From the UHGV virus genome UHGV-1436539: 8,437 nucleotides of DNA. One strand, 5' to 3'. A program made the position numbers and the translations under genes. This document shows, in pieces, positions 1 through 6,351 of the stretch; the first letter of the stretch is position 1; every line of letters starts with the position of its first letter. Under the pieces are notes generated by a model. That model saw only the letters and a program-made list of their open reading frames with translations. It was not told where the DNA came from and searched no databases. Origin of the DNA: a virus.

Positions 1-140
1 AAATGCCGGTGCATGATCCGTCATCAGAATCCTTTGATTGGGAAACTATCTTTGAAAGCAGTGATCGCTGTGGTGAGACTGTAGCGCGGACATGTCTATT
101 TGGTCAGAGACGGACATCTCAATTTAGCTACTGCAATATG

Positions 141-173
141 AGTGCGCATAATGTACGACTCGTTATGTTGAAA
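141..173 (+). other. Degenerate dif-like XerCD site at the left prophage junction, with expanded central region
   Basis: AGTGCGCATAA-TGTACGACTCG-TTATGTTGAAA. The XerC arm and the first 4 central nt match the canonical dif at 8385-8412 and the XerD arm matches 9/11, but the central region is 11 nt instead of 6. Confidence 0.7.
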
Positions 174-207
174 AGGCCGCTGCGAAAATCGAATCCCGCA
201 GCGGCCT
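174..207. terminator. GC-rich stem-loop, putative (bidirectional) intrinsic terminator downstream of the minus-strand CDS 240-1502; alternatively part of the phage att structure
   Basis: Perfect 11-bp inverted repeat AGGCCGCTGCG (174-184) / CGCAGCGGCCT (197-207) with a 12-nt loop. Only a 3-nt T tract follows on either strand, so terminator function is uncertain. Confidence 0.45.
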
Positions 208-239
208 CTTTAGCATAACGTCATTGTGCGAACCAATAA

Positions 240-1502
240 TTATCCCTCTATTATATTTTCCCTTTCCAATACCTCACGAATTTGTTGGAATACAGCACTT
301 ATATTCCCTTTAGGGAATCTTATTTGCCCTAATCCATTTATGTTGGAGAACTCTTCACATCCGTCTTCAAGAAGAATGATTGCCCGTTCAAAGCCCAGCT
401 TACCTTGAAAAAGTCCTGCTTCATGTATGACATTCATTCTTGCTTGGACTTTTCCTTCTTGAGTTTCATCTTCGGCAGTCATCAAAATAAAGGCAAATGC
501 AGCCTGCTCTAACATTTGATTAAGCCTTGTTATGTTTGTCACCCCGGCAATTGATACTCTATTAAATTCATCATAGGGTTGATGCAATTTATCTTTTATG
601 AAATCTTTAAGTTCAAGCCAAAGCTTTGATTTCCCATGACCAATAAATATATTTATTCCCGCATCTTTTTCACGCATCATCTTCCCCTCTAAGTTATTGA
701 TATGCTTGTATAATTTATCAATAAGTTTTTGTAGTTCATTACAAGATGAGTATGCACCCATAACTTCTGCAACTCGAACCCTGAGATTAATGTGTGGTGG
801 TACTCGTATTCCTTCTTGTAATGCCATGTTATCAGAGCTGGTTACTTGTTTTGGAAGGAAAAGTGACAGAATTTGTTTTTCGGATAAGATTTTGCTGTTT
901 TCAATTTTAGATACTAAGTCTTCTAAAAATTTATCTTCAGGTGGAAGGCTTTTTTTCTGTGCATAATATAATGATAAAGCGTCACTTTTTAAATCGTTAA
1001 ATATTGAATTTACCTCATTTGCTTTTTTAATCTCTTCCAATAAATCTTCTTTAGTTAAGTCACACTTATTTAATATATAATCAGTTATTTGTTCTGGATC
1101 ATATTCTACCCAATCACCTATACTTTTCATTCCCTCGGTTAAATATCCACCCATATTTTGAAATGGGCTGTTAAATCCCCAATCCTTGTTAAACACCGCC
1201 CCAGTCGGAGGTTTTTGCAGGCCATTGTAATAGACCCTTGATTGATAGCCTATAAATGAACCTGACCAAGATTCATCTAGTTTACTGGTTAACGTTAAAA
1301 CTGATGAAAGTTTGCTCACATCATAGTTACTTAGCTTCTTTAACTTATCCATTAAATCAAGGTATTGATTTGCGCTCACTGTGTAATCTCCAAGCCTAAA
1401 ATTTGCACAATTTAAAACGTGCAGTGTAGGTAATACTGCACGTTTGTACCATTCGTGGTACTTAATCCTTTTGTTTGGAAGACATGAGATCTTCTGCTGC
1501 AT
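240..1502 (-). CDS. Two-domain protein: N-terminal domain of unknown function (~aa 1-280) plus C-terminal TIR-like (PF10137-type) putative effector domain; candidate defence or toxin effector
   Basis: Long minus-strand ORF (~420 aa from ATG at 1500-1502; the track's TTG at 1518-1520 would give 426 aa). The C-terminal region (plus-strand coordinates ~306-659) has the motif series IFIGHGKS ... AFAFILMTAEDE ... ARMNVIHEAGLFQGKLGFERAIILLEDG, which matches my recollection of the TIR-like family consensus (FIVHGHD ... FAVVLLTPDD ... RxNVIFELGYFxGKLGRxRV). No strong SD at any candidate start, so the start is uncertain. Confidence 0.6.
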   Translation of the reverse strand: MQQKISCLPNKRIKYHEWYKRAVLPTLHVLNCANFRLGDYTVSANQYLDLMDKLKKLSNYDVSKLSSVLTLTSKLDESWSGSFIGYQSRVYYNGLQKPPTGAVFNKDWGFNSPFQNMGGYLTEGMKSIGDWVEYDPEQITDYILNKCDLTKEDLLEEIKKANEVNSIFNDLKSDALSLYYAQKKSLPPEDKFLEDLVSKIENSKILSEKQILSLFLPKQVTSSDNMALQEGIRVPPHINLRVRVAEVMGAYSSCNELQKLIDKLYKHINNLEGKMMREKDAGINIFIGHGKSKLWLELKDFIKDKLHQPYDEFNRVSIAGVTNITRLNQMLEQAAFAFILMTAEDETQEGKVQARMNVIHEAGLFQGKLGFERAIILLEDGCEEFSNINGLGQIRFPKGNISAVFQQIREVLERENIIEG

Positions 1503-1644
1503 CTTTAGAGTAGTTATCAATCAGATAACCTAAAATCTCTGTCCATGTAATTGTTTTTCCTAGTTTTACACTGGCGTTTATAGCCAGTCGTTCTAGTTTC
1601 ATTTTTCTTTCTTCCGTCACGTTATAAGTCGTGCGCTTTGCCAT
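1462..1644 (-). CDS. Small (60 aa) putative ribbon-helix-helix (CopG/Arc-like) DNA-binding protein; candidate repressor or antitoxin
   Basis: ATG-initiated ORF divergent from gII. The N-terminus MAKRTTYNVTEERKMKLERLA has the basic beta-strand plus helix pattern typical of RHH proteins. It overlaps the 5' end of the downstream CDS 240-1502 (ATG at 1502) by ~40 nt, suggesting an operon. Confidence 0.5.
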   Translation of the reverse strand: MAKRTTYNVTEERKMKLERLAINASVKLGKTITWTEILGYLIDNYSKDAAEDLMSSKQKD

Positions 1645-1813
1645 TTTTTACGCTCGTTCAATGCAATATTTGAAGTGAGTATACATGCTCATGAACTCAT
1701 ATCATCCAATCCTCTTGAACTCACTAGCTCACTGGTGTAATGTTAAAACACTAATGAACTACTGAACTCATGTGTTAGTAAGTCGTCATTTTTGCAATTT
1801 TGAGGATTTATTT
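1645..1813. promoter_or_regulatory. Divergent intergenic control region between the RHH gene and gII, with clustered direct repeats (candidate operators and promoters)
   Basis: TGAACTCA occurs at 1692-1699, 1716-1723 and 1763-1770, with a variant TGAACTAC at 1755-1762, and CTCACT occurs twice in tandem at 1720-1734. Candidate sigma70 elements: TTGAAC (1715-1720), 17 bp, TAATGT (1738-1743) towards gII; TATACT on the minus strand (1678-1683) towards the RHH gene. Promoter calls are weak. Confidence 0.4.
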
Positions 1814-2866
1814 GTGATCGATTGGCTTACCGGGATTTTCCCTTGCACACACAAACCGCTTCCGGCGGGGAGTGTTGTCAGCGTTGATGCTGACGGTGCA
1901 ATTGAGTGGGAAACCGTTAAGCGACTCACTGTTCGCGGTTCGCATGAAGCAACGATGAAAGTACGATCGATAGGATCTAATGGCGAAGGTAAAGCGACAC
2001 ATTTGTACATTGATGGTAATCCGTCCAAGTTTTTGCAGGGACATTCTGTTGTTGGGTCGGATGATATACAAGGGCTCATGTTGACGGCCTATGCCAGGAT
2101 TTTATCCTTATTGAATATTCCTCATGATTTAGCGTCTTATAAAGCCGTTATGGCCGGTCAGTATAAAATTTCTCGTGTTGACATTAATTACATGTATTCA
2201 TTATCTACGCTGGAAAATGTCAGATCATGGCTTTATGCCGCCGAATTTAAAGCTAAAACACGCCATGGTCGCGCATGTGGGAAAGGCGGTACAGTTTATT
2301 TAGGTAAAAACTCCCGTCGATGGAGTCTGAAATTTTATTCAAAATATGATGAACATGTTTCGGGTAAAAAAGGGCACCAGATAGCCGAAGAGTTTGTACG
2401 AGCCGGGTTACTGGACTGGACGAAAGATAAATTACGTATTGAATTAACATTAAGAACAACTGAGCTTATTGATTTAAATTTAACGCTTGGCGCTAACTGG
2501 AATATGAAAACACCACGTAAATTATTCTCTGAATATGTAGGGAGAATAGAAATGAATCAGAATGCTATTTTAAGTGATGAAAAAATAACGAAACTGCCAA
2601 GAAAAATACAGTCAACTTATTTACTTTGGAAACAAGGGGCTAACATGAAAGAAATGTTACCTCATAACACTTTTTATCGCCATAGAAGAGAGTTGCTTTC
2701 GTTCGGTATCGATATTAATTTCTATTGTGATTCACCAGACTCTAATAACGTTGTTCCGCTAATAAGAACGCTGGAAGCCAAGCCAGCGGAAATCCCCTTA
2801 TGGATTTATGAGAAAGGTTTTATTTTCGATTACAACCGTATTTCGCACGCCAGTAGCTGGCATTAA
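1814..2866 (+). CDS. gII: Replication initiation protein pII (rolling-circle nicking protein, Phage_CRI family)
   Basis: The segment VRGSHEATMKVRSIGSNG...HLYIDGNPSKFLQGHSVVGSDD resembles Ff pII/RstA-type initiators. GTG at 1814 is preceded by SD GAGGA (1802-1806) with a 7-nt spacer and gives an MID... N-terminus like Ff pII; the in-frame GTG at 1772 has no SD. Confidence 0.8.
   Translation: MIDWLTGIFPCTHKPLPAGSVVSVDADGAIEWETVKRLTVRGSHEATMKVRSIGSNGEGKATHLYIDGNPSKFLQGHSVVGSDDIQGLMLTAYARILSLLNIPHDLASYKAVMAGQYKISRVDINYMYSLSTLENVRSWLYAAEFKAKTRHGRACGKGGTVYLGKNSRRWSLKFYSKYDEHVSGKKGHQIAEEFVRAGLLDWTKDKLRIELTLRTTELIDLNLTLGANWNMKTPRKLFSEYVGRIEMNQNAILSDEKITKLPRKIQSTYLLWKQGANMKEMLPHNTFYRHRRELLSFGIDINFYCDSPDSNNVVPLIRTLEAKPAEIPLWIYEKGFIFDYNRISHASSWH
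2552..2866 (+). CDS. gX: pX-like protein from an internal in-frame start within gII (C-terminal 104 aa of pII)
   Basis: In-frame ATG at 2552 preceded by a strong SD GGGAGA (2540-2545) with a 6-nt spacer; this mirrors the Ff gene X arrangement. An alternative in-frame ATG at 2504 lacks an SD. Confidence 0.55.
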   Translation: MNQNAILSDEKITKLPRKIQSTYLLWKQGANMKEMLPHNTFYRHRRELLSFGIDINFYCDSPDSNNVVPLIRTLEAKPAEIPLWIYEKGFIFDYNRISHASSWH

Positions 2867-2877
2867 AGGAAAGTAAT

Positions 2878-3195
2878 ATGTCTAATTATGGTCTTTTCGT
2901 TAAGGGTAAAATGTTGGGAGCCCGCCAACGTAATAAAGTTAATGGTCAGGGCTATTATAATGAAATTGGTATTGGTCTTGAAATACCTGATGGTTTTGGT
3001 GGTACAAAGCAGGATCAAATTATTATTCGAGTTTCTCAAGCTCTCGTTAATGCAGGTCTAATGAACCAGGCGAATGCTTTCATTGGGAAATTAGTTCAAA
3101 TTCCTGTCTATGTCCGTGCATGGTCAATGGAGGGCAGGGAAGGTGTAACTTATAATGTTTCTTCCGATGGTGGCATCGCAGAGATCAAAGGTTAA
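2878..3195 (+). CDS. gV: Putative ssDNA-binding protein pV (assigned by position; sequence divergent)
   Basis: 105-aa ORF between gII and gVII with SD AAGGAAA upstream. Assignment rests on synteny with Ff phages; I do not see clear similarity to Ff gVp. Confidence 0.55.
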   Translation: MSNYGLFVKGKMLGARQRNKVNGQGYYNEIGIGLEIPDGFGGTKQDQIIIRVSQALVNAGLMNQANAFIGKLVQIPVYVRAWSMEGREGVTYNVSSDGGIAEIKG

Positions 3196-3197
3196 AT

Positions 3198-3284
3198 ATG
3201 GACGATGTTATTCAAATTTTGATAGCGTCTGGCATTGTTATTTCTTTTGGCCTCGGCGCTATTACTGCGGGGGTTTTTCGATAA
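3198..3284 (+). CDS. gVII: Minor coat protein pVII (28 aa)
   Basis: ATG 3 nt after the gV stop encodes MDDVIQILIASGIVISFGLGAITAGVFR, a small hydrophobic protein at the Ff gVII position. Confidence 0.65.
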   Translation: MDDVIQILIASGIVISFGLGAITAGVFR

Positions 3285-3379
3285 TGTATATTGTTTATTT
3301 CTTTGGGGCTTACACCTTTGGTTTTGCCCTTTTCTATGCGGTCGGTTCATTTAAATCATTTTCTGACCGATTAATGTAA
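3284..3379 (+). CDS. gIX: Minor coat protein pIX (31 aa)
   Basis: ATG overlaps the gVII stop (TAATG) and encodes MYIVYFFGAYTFGFALFYAVGSFKSFSDRLM, a small hydrophobic protein at the Ff gIX position. Confidence 0.6.
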   Translation: MYIVYFFGAYTFGFALFYAVGSFKSFSDRLM

Positions 3380-3398
3380 CCTTAATGGAGTTATTTCT

Positions 3399-3641
3399 AT
3401 GAAAATTCTGTCTACTGTTAAATCTAAAGTTGCTCTGGCTTCAACTGCGCTTTTTGTTTCTGCAAGTTCTTTTGCGGCTGAAGGCGCTACAGGCGGTACT
3501 GATTATGCAGGTCAGGCAATGGATGCATTACTGACTCAGGCAAATGATCTCATTGGTAAAGTATGGCCTGTTGTTGTGGCTGTGGTTGGCGCTGGGCTTG
3601 CTATTCGTATTTTCAAAAAATTCTCTTCAAAAGCGGTTTAA
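3399..3641 (+). CDS. gVIII: Major coat protein pVIII precursor (80 aa; predicted 26-aa signal peptide, mature ~54 aa)
   Basis: Signal peptide ends ...SASSFA before AEG..., as in Ff pVIII. It has an acidic N-terminus, a hydrophobic core and a basic C-terminus [12 protein letters not shown], closely matching the Ff/IKe consensus ...FKKF(T/S)SKA. SD GGAG lies 8 nt upstream. Confidence 0.93.
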   Translation: MKILSTVKSKVALASTALFVSASSFAAEGATGGTDYAGQAMDALLTQANDLIGKVWPVVVAVVGAGLAIRIFKKFSSKAV

Positions 3642-3651
3642 ATTTCACTCA

Positions 3652-3674
3652 GGGGCACTCGTTGCCCCTTTATT
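3652..3674 (+). terminator. Rho-independent terminator downstream of gVIII
   Basis: Stem GGGGCA / TGCCCC with loop CTCGT (3652-3668) followed by TTTATT, at the same position as the strong terminator after gene VIII in Ff phages. Confidence 0.7.
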
Positions 3675-3687
3675 AAAGCGGGTTACT

Positions 3688-4908
3688 ATGAAAAGGAAAA
3701 TATTAATTCTTTCCGCTGTCCTCATTTCTCCTTTTTCACATGCTGATTCATGGGAAAGCATTACTAAATCTACTTATCAAAGCTCTGCCTACGCTGAAAG
3801 TAAGCAAATAACCAATCAGGATGGCTCTAAGACAACGGTTTACTATATTGATGCTGCTATGCAGGCCTCCGCTTGTCAGGGTGCTAAATCCAGTGCTCAG
3901 AGTGTATTTACTCAGGTTAAACTAACTTATGAGGGTATCTGGCCTGATTCTGAATTCCGTCTTGTTTTTACTGGTGATTGTACTTACAGCGATTCACCAG
4001 GGCAGAAGGATAAATATTGGTCTTTAACGGCTTATATTGTTGGTGATATTCAGCGTTCTGTTCCTGATGCAAAACCTACTGACCCGACACCAGAAGAAAT
4101 TTGCGAAGCGAAGCCGCCAGAAGAAGGTGTATTTAATAATGTCGATTCATATGATGGTGGTCGCTATATCTACTATAACGGCTGTGAATATGAGGCTACT
4201 GGTGTCATTGTTTGTCAGAATGATGGTACTGTTTGTGCTGCTACATGGAAGCCTACAGGGAGCGTAGCAGATCCATCTGATAAACCTTCAACTCCTCAAA
4301 ATGGCGGTGGTGAATCTGGCGGTGGTGAATCTGGCGGCGGTGAATCCGGTGGCGGTAGTTCTGGCGGTGGTTCCAGTGGTTCCAGTCTTTCTAAAGGTGA
4401 TATTCAGACTGCTATCGAAGGTGCTTCACCCAAAATAGCCAGCGATATTCATGATAAATTAACAGAGAAAGATACATCCTCAGATGATAAAAAATATGCT
4501 GATGAACAGACAAATAATAATATATTACGTCTGGATGATTCCTTAAATAACCTTACCCGTGGAGCGGGGCGTTTTGCTGACCCTTCTGGCGGTGATTCAC
4601 GCTATGGAAAGGGCGATTCTGAACTAGATTCTGCTTCAACTTTGGCAGATTCCGAATTAGGGATAGCAAAAGATTCGCATGGTGCTTTATGGGAAGCATT
4701 TTTAAATAAAGATGCTATGCTTCCTAACTTACCCAATGGTAACGGCTGCTCTGATTTTATTATTTTCCCCGGGGAGGTTTATCAGATTGATATTGGTTGC
4801 GATAAATTACTGACTATTAAAGATGTTCTTTCATGGGTTTTTTATTGCCTTACGTTCTGGTATGTCTTTACTTCTTTAACTTCATTGCTTCGTAAAGGGG
4901 GTGAGTGA
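3688..4908 (+). CDS. gIII: Attachment/adsorption protein pIII (406 aa) with signal peptide, N-terminal putative receptor-binding domain, N1-like TolA-binding domain, Gly-rich linker and C-terminal membrane anchor
   Basis: Signal peptide [47 protein letters not shown] resembles the Ff N1 segment YANYEGCLWNATGVVVCTGDETQCYGTW. Linker (GGGES)3(GGGSS) and a hydrophobic C-terminus are present. The ATG at 3688 is chosen over the upstream alternative start of the track ORF, which overlaps gVIII. Confidence 0.9.
   Translation: MKRKILILSAVLISPFSHADSWESITKSTYQSSAYAESKQITNQDGSKTTVYYIDAAMQASACQGAKSSAQSVFTQVKLTYEGIWPDSEFRLVFTGDCTYSDSPGQKDKYWSLTAYIVGDIQRSVPDAKPTDPTPEEICEAKPPEEGVFNNVDSYDGGRYIYYNGCEYEATGVIVCQNDGTVCAATWKPTGSVADPSDKPSTPQNGGGESGGGESGGGESGGGSSGGGSSGSSLSKGDIQTAIEGASPKIASDIHDKLTEKDTSSDDKKYADEQTNNNILRLDDSLNNLTRGAGRFADPSGGDSRYGKGDSELDSASTLADSELGIAKDSHGALWEAFLNKDAMLPNLPNGNGCSDFIIFPGEVYQIDIGCDKLLTIKDVLSWVFYCLTFWYVFTSLTSLLRKGGE
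4303..4386 (+). repeat. Tandem 15-bp coding repeats (GGCGGTGGTGAATCT-like, about five and a half units) encoding the Gly/Ser/Glu-rich pIII linker
   Basis: Near-identical 15-nt units are directly visible, translating to [25 protein letters not shown]. Confidence 0.85.
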
Positions 4909-5249
4909 TGCCTTTATTGTTAGGTATTCCTGCATTGTTGCGTTTTCTCATTGGTCTTGTCCCTTTGTTTATTGGCTATGTGGCGAGTTTTTTAGCTCGA
5001 CTTGCTACCAAAACAGGATTAATCGCCTTTGCATTGGTCGCACTAATTACAACAACTGTTACGCTTTTAATGCAGTACCTTGCTGAGGTCATGTATAACG
5101 GTTTACCTGCTGATTTCTCTCATTTAATGGCATCTGTATTACCTGACCATTTTCAGGCGTGTGTTAACGTTATTATGGTTACTCGTATCAGTGTTTTTGT
5201 TTTCGATTTAAAACAAAAATTCCTTGATTATGCAAACAGGGTGATTTAA
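4908..5249 (+). CDS. gVI: Minor coat protein pVI (113 aa)
   Basis: [13 protein letters not shown]... closely resembles Ff pVI (MPVLLGIPLLLRF...), and ...FDLKQKF resembles Ff FDVKQK. The start overlaps the gIII stop; SD AAGGGGG is present. Confidence 0.9.
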   Translation: MPLLLGIPALLRFLIGLVPLFIGYVASFLARLATKTGLIAFALVALITTTVTLLMQYLAEVMYNGLPADFSHLMASVLPDHFQACVNVIMVTRISVFVFDLKQKFLDYANRVI

Positions 5250-6344
5250 ATGGCGGTTCATGTAGTAACAGGCAAATTAGGCTCAGGTAAGACACTTGTT
5301 AGTGTTTCCCGAATACAGGAAAGACTTGCTAAGGGTTGTCCTGTTGCCACTAATCTTGATCTTAAATTGCATAATATGCCTATGGTTGGTCGTTATGCGA
5401 AAAAAACGCGCGTTATTCGCGTTCCTGATAAGCCTTCATTAAATGATTTACTGGCTATTGGTATTGGGAATACATCTTACGATGAATCCCGCAATGGCCT
5501 TCTGGTACTTGATGAATGTGGTACTTGGTTTAATTCCCGTTCATGGGGTGATAAAGACAGACAACCTGTTATTGACTGGTTTTTACATGCCCGTAAATTA
5601 GGCTGGGATATTATATTTTTGATTCAGGATATTTCGATAATGGATAAGCAAGCTCGTCTGGCGCTTGCTGAACATGTTGTTTATTGCCGACGTTCAGATA
5701 AATTAAATATCCCTTTTATTGGCTCCATTATGAATTTGGTTTCAGGGGCGCGATTTTCTTTACCAAAAGTACACTTTGGTATTGTTAAGTATGGTGACAA
5801 TATTAACTCAATCACTGTTGATAAGTGGATATATACCGGAAAATCTCTTTATTCTGCTTACAATACCAAACAAGCGTTCACAGATAATTATCCTCATGGC
5901 GCATTTTCGCTTTTGCCTCCATTTATCACACACGGTCAATTTTCTGTTCATAGGGGATTTAATTATTATATGCGCCTCACTAAAATTTATTTCCGTAAAT
6001 CGAATCGTCTTATATTAATGCTTTCTTTTCTGGTGCTGGGACTTGGTCTTGGTTTCTGGTTCCAGTCTGGAAAGAATGTTGATGAAATCACAGCTATTAA
6101 ATCTTCTTATGCTGAACAGGCGAGGGCGGTAACGCCTGATTCGTCCAGTGATTTACCCCGACTTTCTATTAATTCTTTTTCACAACTTGGTTTTGACGTT
6201 TCTGTTACATTTATTGATGCTAAAGGTATGAAATATCAGTATTTTGATTTAATTAAAGATGGTTATTCCGTTGATATTAAAGATGCCTGTCGTATTTTTA
6301 TCAGAAAAGGCCGTTATTTACAGACCGTTACCTGTCAGGAGTAA
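5250..6344 (+). CDS. gI: Assembly ATPase pI (Zot-like, 364 aa)
   Basis: Strong similarity to Ff pI throughout, including MAVxxVTGKLGSGKTLVSV (Walker A), LLVLDECGTWFNxRSW (Walker B region) and DWFLHARKLGWDIIFL. Confidence 0.95.
   Translation: MAVHVVTGKLGSGKTLVSVSRIQERLAKGCPVATNLDLKLHNMPMVGRYAKKTRVIRVPDKPSLNDLLAIGIGNTSYDESRNGLLVLDECGTWFNSRSWGDKDRQPVIDWFLHARKLGWDIIFLIQDISIMDKQARLALAEHVVYCRRSDKLNIPFIGSIMNLVSGARFSLPKVHFGIVKYGDNINSITVDKWIYTGKSLYSAYNTKQAFTDNYPHGAFSLLPPFITHGQFSVHRGFNYYMRLTKIYFRKSNRLILMLSFLVLGLGLGFWFQSGKNVDEITAIKSSYAEQARAVTPDSSSDLPRLSINSFSQLGFDVSVTFIDAKGMKYQYFDLIKDGYSVDIKDACRIFIRKGRYLQTVTCQE
5970..6344 (+). CDS. gXI: pXI-like protein from an internal in-frame start of gI (124 aa, membrane-anchored C-terminal part)
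   Basis: In-frame ATG at codon 241 of gI (MRLTKIYFRK...), the same codon position and local motif as the Ff gene XI start (MKLTKIYLKK). Confidence 0.55.
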   Translation: MRLTKIYFRKSNRLILMLSFLVLGLGLGFWFQSGKNVDEITAIKSSYAEQARAVTPDSSSDLPRLSINSFSQLGFDVSVTFIDAKGMKYQYFDLIKDGYSVDIKDACRIFIRKGRYLQTVTCQE

Positions 6345-6351
6345 TATTATT

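Noticed and set aside
63-74. 12-nt identity GATCGCTGTGGT at 63-74 and 8164-8175, considered as a possible target-site duplication
   Set aside because: Too short; a match of this length is expected by chance in an 8.4-kb window. The real junction repeats are the dif-like sites.
3-218. 71-aa + strand ORF at the left edge
   Set aside because: It reads straight through the dif-like site and the GC hairpin, and has no SD or recognisable domain. More likely non-coding flank or junction sequence than a gene; at most it could be the tail of a truncated chromosomal gene that I cannot identify.
226-966. + strand ORFs 226-408 and 697-966
   Set aside because: Antisense to the long minus-strand CDS 240-1502, low-complexity, no start signals; typical shadow ORFs.
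1772-1813. Upstream GTG (1772) as the gII start
   Set aside because: No SD upstream, whereas GTG 1814 has GAGGA at optimal spacing and gives an Ff-like MID... N-terminus. Not excluded, but less likely.
1786-2459. Minus-strand ORFs 1786-2079, 1808-2071 and 2253-2459
   Set aside because: Fully embedded antisense in gII, whose identity is supported by family similarity; no independent evidence.
3155-3379. 74-aa ORF as a single gene
   Set aside because: Its 5' part overlaps the gV 3' end and gVII in another frame. Only the 3' portion from the ATG at 3284 (gIX) is plausible.
3544-3687. Upstream extension of the gIII ORF and the overlapping ORFs 4037-4267 and 4901-5086
   Set aside because: The extension overlaps gVIII and its terminator and lacks a signal peptide at that start, while ATG 3688 gives a canonical signal peptide. 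The others are internal or alternative-frame shadow ORFs.
4303-4386. Tandem repeats considered as a CRISPR or VNTR array
   Set aside because: The 15-bp units are in-frame coding repeats for the pIII Gly-rich linker, with no spacers and no leader.
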